Assembly (NCBI GenBank): GCA_000004985.1
Contig: GG738890.1
Length of the DNA stretch: 64,000 nt
Reading direction: 5' to 3' (one strand)
Source of the DNA: Naegleria gruberi
Lineage: Eukaryota
Numbering within the stretch: position 1 is the stretch's first letter; the number at the start of each line of letters is the position of its first letter. Positions 44,326 through 54,225 of the stretch are shown one piece after another. The notes under the pieces were generated by a model, which did no database searches, had not been told where the DNA came from, and saw nothing but the letters and a program-made list of their open reading frames with translations. The position numbers and the translations under genes were made by a program.

Positions 44326-45729
44326 TTAATGGAAATCTAAGAGGGATTGATTGGCCACTGCTCCATTTCTATGAGCACGAGGGGTTACTGCAGAAATTTT
44401 AACCCTCTTACTATCAAATTTTTGTTTGGCTCTGTCCACCAATTGACACATTAATTTGAAATTTTCAACAACAATCATTTGATAAATTTCTTCATCTAAA
44501 TGATGTTTCTCAAAGTGAGTAAAGAATGTTGGAAAGTCATGACTATCACCAATTCCAAGCAATTCCATAATGGACTTGTTTTCAACCACATACCACTCAT
44601 AGAAGAGTTTCAACAATTTCACTCTTTTAATTCTACTTTGATTGATTGGATCTTCTTTAACTTCAGGAATATTAGCTTCTGTTCCTGGTTGAGAGCCTTC
44701 TTTCTTATCTTCTAATTGAGAAATATCAATAATTGTGCTATCTTTCTTAATGTATTGATTGAAAAGATAGAGATGGTCAATTTGGCTCAAACAGAAAACT
44801 GGTGGAGTTTGAGCTTGTCTATTGTACATATTGACTAAATACTGATAGAAACTCATCACCGAGTTCCTTTCTTGACTTACAAGTTCTTGTGTGTCTTTCA
44901 TTGGAATTGGGACGAAAATTGCATCAATTTTCAATTCCTCTTCCTTTTCTTTGAGATGAGCAAAAAAGTGTTCCAATCTCTCCTTCATAACTCGTGTGAA
45001 TAGAGCTGGGCAGTCAATGAGAGAAATTCTTGAGAAATCAGACTGATTAATTCGCTCAATGGAAGCCAAGTGATTGGTGTAAGATCTCAAATCTTCTTCA
45101 TCTTCACTGACACTCCAATTTTCGTTAGAGTTTTGTAAATGAGAAGAATTACCAACAATGAATGGATTGGTGAGATCTGAGTTAAGATTCTTGCACGTCA
45201 TGTTCAAAAGAGTGGACTTTCCACTTCCAGTTTCAGATAGAGGAATGAATCTGAATTGGTAATCTTTTTCTGGGAAATTTTTCAAACTTTCAATAAGTTT
45301 AGTTCTCTGCGCATCAACAGAACCGTCATCACTCAACAATGCCTTAGTAGCAGCTGAGTAACTTTTCGTAGTCAACTCTCTAGTTGACAAACAAGTTGTC
45401 TCTGCACTGAGTTCCAATCTGAAGCTTGCGCAATTAGGTGGAGCAATGACAAGAAAACGACGTGTATTAATTGTTTGGTTTTCATGCTCTCCAATCTCAG
45501 TGACCTCATCCTCACCAGTGAGAGTGAAGATTTTCTGAGTGACCTTTGATTGTGGAAAGTATACTTTCAAGGTCATTGTTGGTAAACTGGAAGAATCAAA
45601 TAAATCTCTTGGGAGTGTAACTTCCCAAAGGCAATTACCGAGTTTTTTGATGGATAGCTCCTTAAGGGTTGGTTCTTCTGGCTGGTTGGTTTGAAATTGA
45701 TGGTATGAAGAAGATTGCTTGTTTCCCAT
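44326..45729 (-). CDS. P-loop NTPase of unknown family with an N-terminal myristoylation motif
   Basis: Walker A is LSETGSGKSTLLN. A candidate Walker B/G3 is ISLIDCPALF. The ATG at 45729..45727 (MGNKQSS) has Gly2 and Ser6 (N-myristoylation consensus) and an A-rich upstream context. The ORF-track N-terminal 32 aa are translated leader. Confidence 0.55.
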   Translation of the reverse strand: MGNKQSSSYHQFQTNQPEEPTLKELSIKKLGNCLWEVTLPRDLFDSSSLPTMTLKVYFPQSKVTQKIFTLTGEDEVTEIGEHENQTINTRRFLVIAPPNCASFRLELSAETTCLSTRELTTKSYSAATKALLSDDGSVDAQRTKLIESLKNFPEKDYQFRFIPLSETGSGKSTLLNMTCKNLNSDLTNPFIVGNSSHLQNSNENWSVSEDEEDLRSYTNHLASIERINQSDFSRISLIDCPALFTRVMKERLEHFFAHLKEKEEELKIDAIFVPIPMKDTQELVSQERNSVMSFYQYLVNMYNRQAQTPPVFCLSQIDHLYLFNQYIKKDSTIIDISQLEDKKEGSQPGTEANIPEVKEDPINQSRIKRVKLLKLFYEWYVVENKSIMELLGIGDSHDFPTFFTHFEKHHLDEEIYQMIVVENFKLMCQLVDRAKQKFDSKRVKISAVTPRAHRNGAVANQSLLDFH

Positions 45730-46274
45730 GTTCTTGTTTTCTTGTTTTTTTTGTTTGTTATTGAGATTTGTGGAGTTCAGACTGGTTTCTCTAATGGAGA
45801 TGGAAATGGCTAGTATTTGCTTCACGTTTTTGTTGTTCCTAATTGAGGTATGTCGCTTCTTAATGGGGTTTTCATTATCGTGCCGATAGATTTTTTCATC
45901 ACGTTTGCGCTTAATTAGTTTCTTTCATTGACTACTATTAAATTTTCATTTGTTTTACGATTTATTCAATTGAGGAATATTAAGGAATTATTTATTGCAA
46001 CAAACATTTTAAAGTTTCAAATGCACTTTTCCAATTTAAAAGAAATGACTGTTTAATAGGAAAGTTATTAACAAACGAAATTTATCTAAAAATTGATAAC
46101 AACAAATTTCCAAATCACGTTTCGAAAAATAAACGAACATTTAACATGTTCCAATAATTCCCTAGATGATTGACTACATCAGATTGAGATTTGTCTTTCA
46201 AATTTAAGAAAATTACCAATGTTATAAAGATTTATTCATTATAAACTCTTTTGTAAGATTCCATTTGAAAGTAA

Positions 46275-46958
46275 TTAATATTCATTTTCATCTTGATTGA
46301 TCAAACGAATGTTATCATTATCAACAAGGTTATCATCATCTTCCTCATTGATAGGTTCCTCTTCCTCAGGATTTATTTCAAATGAAAATTGTAGCTCTCT
46401 ATCTGAAACCTCAATTCTTGGAAGTTTGGTCAAATATCTTGTAGGAGCAAATTTTAACGAAAGTAAATTAATAAAATCCGAATCATATTTGGCAAACCAT
46501 TGAATTCCAATTCTAATAGTTTTTTGATTTTCTTCCAATACATAATTTTCCAAAGTAATTTGACAATTAGAGTGGAATTCCTTAATTTTCTTTCCTCTTT
46601 GATAAATTGTGAATCCAAATCCAATTGTTGGAACTGTGATCACCACAACACATACCAAAATTGGATAAATAACATTAACATATCGGGAAAGTAATATAAT
46701 TGCAATAATTGAAATAATTGTAACCACAACCATAATCACAGCATATATAAATGCCGTATATTTCATCAATCTATCGGAAGCATCAACATTTCTCACACAC
46801 TTCCTCACAATTTTAGAACAATTTTGCAAAAATGATTTGAAATGTTGCCGATTGATTCGATTTTCAAAATTCAATGGATAGGGCGATGAAGGAAACCTCT
46901 TACTCTCAAAATTGAAAGGAATGGCATGTGTTTGGTTAGTAGATAGCAGTAGAGACAT
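46275..46958 (-). CDS. Hypothetical small membrane protein with two central TM helices and an acidic C-terminus
   Basis: Hydrophobic segments are AFIYAVIMVVVTIISIIAIILL and IYPILVCVVVITVPTIGFGF. ATG at 46958 with aaaaaaATG. Confidence 0.4.
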   Translation of the reverse strand: MSLLLSTNQTHAIPFNFESKRFPSSPYPLNFENRINRQHFKSFLQNCSKIVRKCVRNVDASDRLMKYTAFIYAVIMVVVTIISIIAIILLSRYVNVIYPILVCVVVITVPTIGFGFTIYQRGKKIKEFHSNCQITLENYVLEENQKTIRIGIQWFAKYDSDFINLLSLKFAPTRYLTKLPRIEVSDRELQFSFEINPEEEEPINEEDDDNLVDNDNIRLINQDENEY

Positions 46959-47123
46959 TTTTTTCTGTTGGAGTTTTTACAAAGGTGAACGTTAATTTCC
47001 ATTTTCCTTCCAACTCGTCTTGGATTTTTTTGTAGTCAATTGAAAACTTGGTCAATTCACATCATTTCACTTGAAATACTGTAAAATATTTAAGGATAGA
47101 TTAGCTTTACCTCTGTTTTTTAT

Positions 47124-48359
47124 TTAAATGTCGAGACGTTCTAATTGTTTCATTCGTTGAAGGAATTTTTCTCCAACTTGAGAAATATCATTTGAATAAA
47201 TACTGAGAATTGTCAAGCTTTTTGATTGACTAATGAATTTCGCTCCATTGTCACCAATGTTATTTTCACAAATATTAAGAGTAGTCAATCGTTTCATTCC
47301 ACTAATGTGTTTAGCTCCCCTTTCACCAATATCATTACCACAAATATAAAGACTGTCCAACTGTTTCATTTCACTAATGTTTTTAGCACCTTCATGGCCT
47401 AATTGATTATATCCAATACCAAGAAATTTCAATTGTTGAAGTGCACTTATTTGTTTAGCTCCATTACTTTCAATGTTACAGGAAAAAATATTAAGATTAG
47501 TCAATTGAGACATTGCTCCAAGATATTTTGCTCCATCACCAATCTTTGCATTATTAATAGAGAGAGAAGTTAATTGTTTCATAGAACTAATGTGTCTAAC
47601 ACCTTCAATACCAATAAGATTGAAACTAATATCAAGTTCGGTCAATTGATTCATTCCACTGATGTGTTTAGCTCCTTCATCTCCAATATTATTAGTAAGA
47701 ATATAAAGACTAGTCAATTGTTTCAGTTCACTAATAGATTTAGCTCCTTCATCTCCAATTTCATTTTTGGAAATATCTAGATATGTTAATTGTTTCATTG
47801 AACTAATGTGTTTAGCTCCCTCTGTACCAATGCAATAACAATTCCCGCTAATATTAAGTTTAGTTAATTGACTCAGTTGACTAATGTATTTAGCACCTTC
47901 CTTATCTATATTATTGATACTTATATCAAGATTTCTTAATTGTTTCAATTGACTAATGTATTTTACCTCATCTGTACCAAGATTGTTATATTGTACATCA
48001 AGATCAGTCAATTGTTTCATAAATTCCAATATTTTACAATCGAACATAATTGTTAAACTTTCCCTATCTACTTTCAAAGTTTCAATATTTTGTAAAAATT
48101 GACCTTTCAACTTGTCATCATTGTTACATTTTAGCGAAAGTTTACCTCTTTCCACAACAACATTCAACCATTGTTTAGAAACTAAGGCACAATTCATTAC
48201 AATAAATTTAAAATCATTGGCGTGAAAGGATAAAATTTCATCAAGTACATCATCAGGAAAAGGAGAATGAAAATTGTTCATTGGCTTCACAGTGGTAGTA
48301 GTAGTGGTAGTGCTGGTTGATTCTGCTGCAACAGGTTTGCTTGTTTGATGTTGACACAT
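47124..48359 (-). CDS. F-box / leucine-rich-repeat (RNI-like) protein
   Basis: The N-terminal F-box is FPDDVLDEILSFHANDFKFIVMNCALVSKQWLNVV. About twelve tandem 24-28-aa LRRs follow the pattern L..L.IS.N.IG.EGAK.IS.M.QLT. The track start at 48368 is a TTG; the ATG is at 48359 (MCQHQTSK). Confidence 0.7.
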   Translation of the reverse strand: MCQHQTSKPVAAESTSTTTTTTTVKPMNNFHSPFPDDVLDEILSFHANDFKFIVMNCALVSKQWLNVVVERGKLSLKCNNDDKLKGQFLQNIETLKVDRESLTIMFDCKILEFMKQLTDLDVQYNNLGTDEVKYISQLKQLRNLDISINNIDKEGAKYISQLSQLTKLNISGNCYCIGTEGAKHISSMKQLTYLDISKNEIGDEGAKSISELKQLTSLYILTNNIGDEGAKHISGMNQLTELDISFNLIGIEGVRHISSMKQLTSLSINNAKIGDGAKYLGAMSQLTNLNIFSCNIESNGAKQISALQQLKFLGIGYNQLGHEGAKNISEMKQLDSLYICGNDIGERGAKHISGMKRLTTLNICENNIGDNGAKFISQSKSLTILSIYSNDISQVGEKFLQRMKQLERLDI

Positions 48360-48636
48360 TTTTTTCAAGTTTTTGGAACTTTATAAAGTTTTGTCATGCA
48401 CGTATTAAAGATTACAACATTAAAAGAACGGGTAAATGCAATCTAAACATTTTGTTACATTTCCAGTAACAGATTCCCATGTAGAGATGTTTGGTAAATA
48501 AGGTTTTACAATGGGTCGAATCAATTGGCAGAAACATTATCATTGTCATGGTGGAAGTTTCATCACCAATATTCACACATGTACAATTTCTAAACATCAT
48601 GTAGATGCTCTAATAGGTGTTGAGAGTTTGATATCT

Positions 48637-49356
48637 TTATTTGCATTGATATTCTTCATTTCCATTACAAACACCAACCTTACCATGACTGACTTTAATT
48701 CTAGTTTCACACTTATCAATACTTCCAGTAAATGTTTCAACAGAATAATCTGTTGAATTACATGATCTATATCTTGGTCCATATAAATTCCATTCACAAA
48801 GTTCAACAACTTCTCCAATTGCCTTAACTATTTTGTTCTTGCTGCAATTTTCATTATCAGTGGAATCTTCATGTTGAACTTGCCACAACATTTTTGGAAT
48901 GGTTTCTAATGGCAACTTTCCACATACTCGATGCATCATACCAATTCCTATTTTAGCACAGGAAAAGATATTGGAAGAAGATTTTCCAGAACAATATTTA
49001 CATGTTTCATCACAATCACGATCAACCACGAATTCTCTTTCATTGCAATAGGCCTTTTGGTAATTGTCTGGTCCAACTTTGATACATGATTCTGATGCCT
49101 TGTAGAGTGGTTGCAATTCCAGCTTGATTAATGATGCCATTTTACATTCTCCTCCTTGGAAGTAATAATCCTGATAGAAAAGGTCTGTTGTTGAATTATT
49201 ATTCACTATTATCGGAGCAACATCTTTCAATTTTGATGATGCTGATGATAATGGTGTTGTACGAATATTCAAACCATTGGCAAAGGAAACACAAGACGAG
49301 AAACCAATAACGACAATAATCAATAGGAGAAAATTGAAAGTGTTGTTGTTGCACAT
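48637..49356 (-). CDS. Secreted cysteine-rich protein of 239 aa
   Basis: A cleavable signal peptide (MCNNNTFNFLLLIIVVIGFSSCVSFANG) is followed by more than 14 Cys in the mature part and N-glycosylation sequons. No TM segment. ATG at 49356. Confidence 0.5.
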   Translation of the reverse strand: MCNNNTFNFLLLIIVVIGFSSCVSFANGLNIRTTPLSSASSKLKDVAPIIVNNNSTTDLFYQDYYFQGGECKMASLIKLELQPLYKASESCIKVGPDNYQKAYCNEREFVVDRDCDETCKYCSGKSSSNIFSCAKIGIGMMHRVCGKLPLETIPKMLWQVQHEDSTDNENCSKNKIVKAIGEVVELCEWNLYGPRYRSCNSTDYSVETFTGSIDKCETRIKVSHGKVGVCNGNEEYQCK

Positions 49357-49600
49357 TTTTTTTTAATAAGGTTCTCAAAAAATCTACGGCGGTTACATTG
49401 AGCAGTCCTTCATGAAAATAATTACACAATTCGGTTTCACAGTTACTAATAACATGAAATTGATTTCTTGTTGGAAGAAAAATAGATTGCATTTGTTTGG
49501 AGGAGTGATCTTTGGTGCATACAGTTTAGTAAGTTGAAAGACAATTTGAAAAGTTTGATTTTTTTATTTTTTGAACTAGTAGTTAAGGTTGGTGTATCAA

Positions 49601-52285
49601 TTACTTATTGAAAGTATTGTTACAGTAGGCAACATAGTCATAACCGTCACCCTTCTTTGGCATTTGTTGCAACAAGAAATCAGCTTCAGCTGGTTCCATA
49701 ACAGATCTCAATTGAGCTTCTGTGATAAAGTCCTTTTCACCTGCCAATTGCTTGAATGATTCCATAACGTCCTCATAACCAGAACCTTCAGAACCAATTC
49801 TTCTCATGTAACCCAAGAATTCATTGAATTCAACGAAACCATCCTTATCAGTATCAACGACAGCAAAGACCTTTTCGACTTCCTTATCATCAATATCTTC
49901 ACCCAATGAACAGACACAGGCCTTGAAATCTTGCTTTGACAACTTGCCATCTTTGTCCTTATCAAAGTACTTGAAGGTTTCTCTAAAGTCCTTAATTTGT
50001 TCTTCAGTCAAACCTTCGTTCTTATCAGTGAGGAGAGTGGATTCAATTTCGTAGATTGACTTGTCGACGAACTTTTCCAAATTGTCACGAACTGACTTGA
50101 TTTCAGATTCAGTAACCTTTGACAATTCGAGAATTTCACGAGCTTCCAAATCCTTCAAGACAGAGATCAAGGATTCGTATTGCTTTTCAGATTCAGCTCT
50201 GATAACAGCAGCTTGTTCCTTAACCTTTTGCAATTGTTCTTCGAGATTTTCAGTGTTTTGTCTGATAGTGTTCAAACCGTCCTTTTGTTCAACAGCAAAT
50301 TCAGTGTACTTGTCACACAATTGAGCGAATTGAGCCAACAATTCTTCGTTACCTGACAATCTTCTCTTTTCTTCTTCCAAATTCTTCTTTCTGTCAGAAA
50401 TGAGGTTACCAGCTTCCTTGAATTGGTTGTCCAAATCATTGTTATTAACAGCAGAGTATAAGTTTGGATCACCACCAGCATTCTTAATTTCATCAACCAA
50501 TTGATTGATAGCATCCAACAATGGAGCTTGTTCAGCATGACGATTTTCAACGTCACCCAAAATGTCAACAAAGACGTCAACATCCTTAACACTTGAAGCA
50601 GTGATTGGTTCGAGCAAAGCAAGGGAAATATCATCCAAGAACATGGCCAAACCTTCAGATTTCTTAGCCAAATCCAAACACTTGCCCAACAATGCTTCCA
50701 AGTTCTTCAATCTGTCGTCTAATTCTTGTTTCTTATCATCAGACTTTTGCTTGACATCATCTTGACCATTCTTCAACTTATCCATAGTTGACTTGACTTC
50801 TGGAGCAGCTTCATGTCTACCTTCAACAATCTTATCACCAATAGCATTGGTTTCATTCAATGACTTGTTAACACCAGCCAATTCATCTTCAAAGGTTTCG
50901 TGAATGTTAATCTTGGCTTGCAATGCTGAGACAGTATCTAACTTGTTCAAATCTTCCTTGAAGTAACCCTTATTCTTACCATCTTGCCATTCAGAAATCT
51001 TCTTGGCACGAACTCTGAAACGAGACAATAAGATTTCCAACTTCTTCATCAAAGTGATATGTTCTCTCAAGGCCTTATCATAAGTATCTTGCTTCTTGTT
51101 CAAACCGTCCCACTTGTCATTGATGGTGGCAGTTGACAAATCAGTTGGTGGATTGTAGATTGGTAAACCTTCGTTCTTTTGCTTGGTACGAATGTTGGAC
51201 AATAACAATTCCAAATCGTTCTTTTCTGATGATTGATTTGGCTTTTCTTGATCCTTGAACTTTCTGAATTCTTCCTTCTTATCTTCAGCTTTGGCCAATG
51301 AATCACCAAAGTGTTCGAAAGTTGGATCAGAAAGTGAGTCAGTGTTGGTATCAATCCAGTCAACCAAAGCTTGAGCACGCTTTTCATAATCATTCTTCAT
51401 GTTGTTCAATTCTTGTTCACGTTGAGCAACCTTAGCCAATTTACGACCAGCCTTTTCATTTCTATTACTGGAAGCGAAACGTTTCCAATAATAAGCAACA
51501 TAGGTCATGACTGACTTATCATCAGGAGTAAACTTGATCATGTCATCAGCATCTAACAATTGTGGAATATCCAAATGCTTTTCAGCAACATCAAAGGCAA
51601 GTTGGAGATTTTCCCTAGCATTGGTTGGATCCAAAGAGTCAAAATCTAACAAATCAGGTCTGTGTTTGTGAATCAAGGCACAGAAAGCCAAACCATCTTG
51701 CCATGATCCCTTGAAATCTTTAACATTGACATTGTTGTAACCCTTGGTCTTTTTCTTACACCACAACAATAAACCTTCTCTGGCAGAAAGTTCTATTCAT
51801 TTGGAAGAGTTGACGAGTTGAAAAAGTGATGATTGACAGGTGATTGAATTAAGCCAGCAATCAATCAAAAATTAAAAAGTGTTAAATAATACTGTTAAAT
51901 ACATGATAACAAACATACCATCTTCAGAAATGTCTTGAATTTCAAACTTGTGAATCAAACACCAAATCATACCCAAGATTTGTGTCTTTTCCTTATTGAC
52001 AATTTGTTCAGCAGAGAATTGCAAACGAATACCAACACTTCCAATGAAACTGTTGACTTTATCAACAACCAAATTCAAGTTGGCAATCTTGTGGAACTTC
52101 ATACGTGGATTAGCATAGAATTGACCCAAGGTTTCATCAGAAATGACTTCATACAAGTGAATCAATGGGACACCTGTTTCGAATTCTTCAATGATATCTT
52201 CGACTTGGATGCTTCTCTTACGGAGATGAGAGTTGACCCACTTGGTGAAGGCTCTCATTTGGATACGTTCCCATTCAGCAGACAT
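49601..52285 (-). CDS. abpA: Alpha-actinin with an actin-binding CH-CH domain, spectrin-like repeats and C-terminal EF-hands. The CDS is complement(join(49601..51792, 51919..52285)), 852 aa.
   Basis: The CH1 motif is FTKWVNSHLRK. CH2 spans the intron: ...FEIQDISED|ELSAREGLLLWCKKKTKGYNNVNVKDFKGSWQDGLAFCALIHKHRPDLLDFD.... A coiled rod follows, then two EF-hand loops (FDKDKDGKLSKQDF and VDTDKDGFVEFNEF). The intron is 126 nt (GTATGT...ATAG) in phase 1. ATG at 52285 with aaaaaaATG. Confidence 0.9.
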
Positions 52286-52908
52286 TTTTTGTGTTTACTG
52301 GTAAAGTGTTGTACAGAGGGTTGGTTTTGTTTTTTTTTAAAAATGTTTACTTCTTGTGTGTGAATTTGATCAACTTTTGATTGATGGGTTTTGATGATTG
52401 ATGGGAGTGTCAAGTTGTCAATACGAGAGAAAAAGTGATGAGAGCTGGAAAAAACCTTTCACTGCTCTCTTCAGTCATGTGCAAAGATAACCCAAAGCTG
52501 TTAACAAGTGGCTAAATTTAATCAAGTTTTATCAAGTGTCAGCAACCATCTTGCTTTGGATGTTTTTTAAGGTTGACTTGATGGTTTATTTTTACAATGA
52601 ATATTCAATTTGGTAAGAAATGCTCTCGAGAATATCTTCCAATGTTGATTGAATTGCATAATGTCTTGTTGAATTGTTAAAAGATATTGTAAAATATTTA
52701 GGAAGTTGCAAAGGATGAGTCAACATAAAAATTTGGAATATTTAAAAACTTGGAAAAAAACAATTTCGATGTTGAATATGACAACCAATTAATGACGACT
52801 TGAAGAGGAGTTCGAGTTCATGAGGATTCGTGTCTGTCTGTGAATTTTATGTTATGTTGTTATTTTTTGACATGTAAGTGATGTGTTTATTGTAAAGTAT
52901 TTAAAAAA

Positions 52909-54144
52909 ATGAATCGAGATGTGTTGGGAGAGATTTTCAAGTTTTTGGATTTTTCGAATGTGATTCCAGTTGCATTGGTTTGTAGGGAGTGGTCGGAAGT
53001 GATGCATTCTGAAAATTTGTGGAAAGTTTATTTCAACTCGTTTTGTTATTCGAAAGACCAATTATTATTGGAAAGTCAATGTAAAGATATTAAAAATTAT
53101 TGGAAGAATCAAATCATGGAACGATGTAGTGCATTCTGCTGTAAATTGCCGGCAAGAAGATTTATCGGATCACAAAAACTAAACCTTTCTCTTTCGCATT
53201 CGTATTTTCCTTCATCAGATTCGAATTATTTTAGTTGCTTTTTCAAAGTACTTTGTTCAAGGATAGAGATAGAATCTGCCAAGTTAATTTCTCTAAGTGG
53301 CGAAGAAGGATTGTCAGTTCCATTCCTTTCGGAAAGTTTTAATTTTTCACAAACACTAAACTTTAAGATTCGTCTAAAAATTGAAGGATTATCCGAATTG
53401 CTCATAGCAAGAGTGTATAATGTTCCTAAATATTCGAAAGGCTCAATATCAAGAAATTATTTCATGTACTTTGCATTGGAATCGGATGATTTATCAAATT
53501 TACAATATTTAACACCACCAATGGTAAAACTCAATCAGGTAAAATCACTGAAAAGATCATTCCTATTCGAATTTATTAAGAAGGACAGGTTTGGATCAAT
53601 AACTGGTCAGGAATATCTCATTGAAAGAATTCTTTCACAAATATTTCCACCACACTTGTTGAAAAGTGAAATTGAGAAACAGGAAATGGCATCCATGTGG
53701 TGTCTTATCATTGGTAGAATTCTCTCCTTATTGGATGCAAGTAGGTTGACAGATCATAAAGAGGTTTGGAAGTTTATTCCATTCACAAAATCAAAACAGA
53801 ATGAGGAATCACTTGTGTATGCATTCAGGAGGGGAATTTATAGAGAAAGAGCAAAAATAATAGCTCATCGAGTGCTACCAAATGATAAATATGTGAAATT
53901 TATGAAGGGGAGAGAGTCTGACTCGTTTGCTTCATTCGAAGAGTTGAAAATGCAAAAAGTAGAAATAATTTCAATGGAGCATAGAAAAGTGGTAATGGCC
54001 AAATCTCTGGATTATTCAAACTCGGGAGCTCTAGGAAATGTGTCCATCAACAAGGAAATATTGAAACAAATCAAACTGATGGCACTTTCTGATGAATTTA
54101 TGAAATATTATTTGGACTATAAATTCTCTAGGATTAAGGAATAG
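52909..54144 (+). CDS. F-box domain protein of 411 aa
   Basis: The N-terminal F-box is MNRDVLGEIFKFLDFSNVIPVALVCREWSEVMHSENLWKVYF. ATG at 52909 with aaaaaaATG. The C-terminal part has no recognised domain. Confidence 0.55.
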   Translation: MNRDVLGEIFKFLDFSNVIPVALVCREWSEVMHSENLWKVYFNSFCYSKDQLLLESQCKDIKNYWKNQIMERCSAFCCKLPARRFIGSQKLNLSLSHSYFPSSDSNYFSCFFKVLCSRIEIESAKLISLSGEEGLSVPFLSESFNFSQTLNFKIRLKIEGLSELLIARVYNVPKYSKGSISRNYFMYFALESDDLSNLQYLTPPMVKLNQVKSLKRSFLFEFIKKDRFGSITGQEYLIERILSQIFPPHLLKSEIEKQEMASMWCLIIGRILSLLDASRLTDHKEVWKFIPFTKSKQNEESLVYAFRRGIYRERAKIIAHRVLPNDKYVKFMKGRESDSFASFEELKMQKVEIISMEHRKVVMAKSLDYSNSGALGNVSINKEILKQIKLMALSDEFMKYYLDYKFSRIKE

Positions 54145-54225
54145 CTAATATGATGAGAGTAATTATTATTAATGGATTATTGGACAAGAAATGTAAAATA
54201 TTCAGATACAAGGGAGAATTGAATT

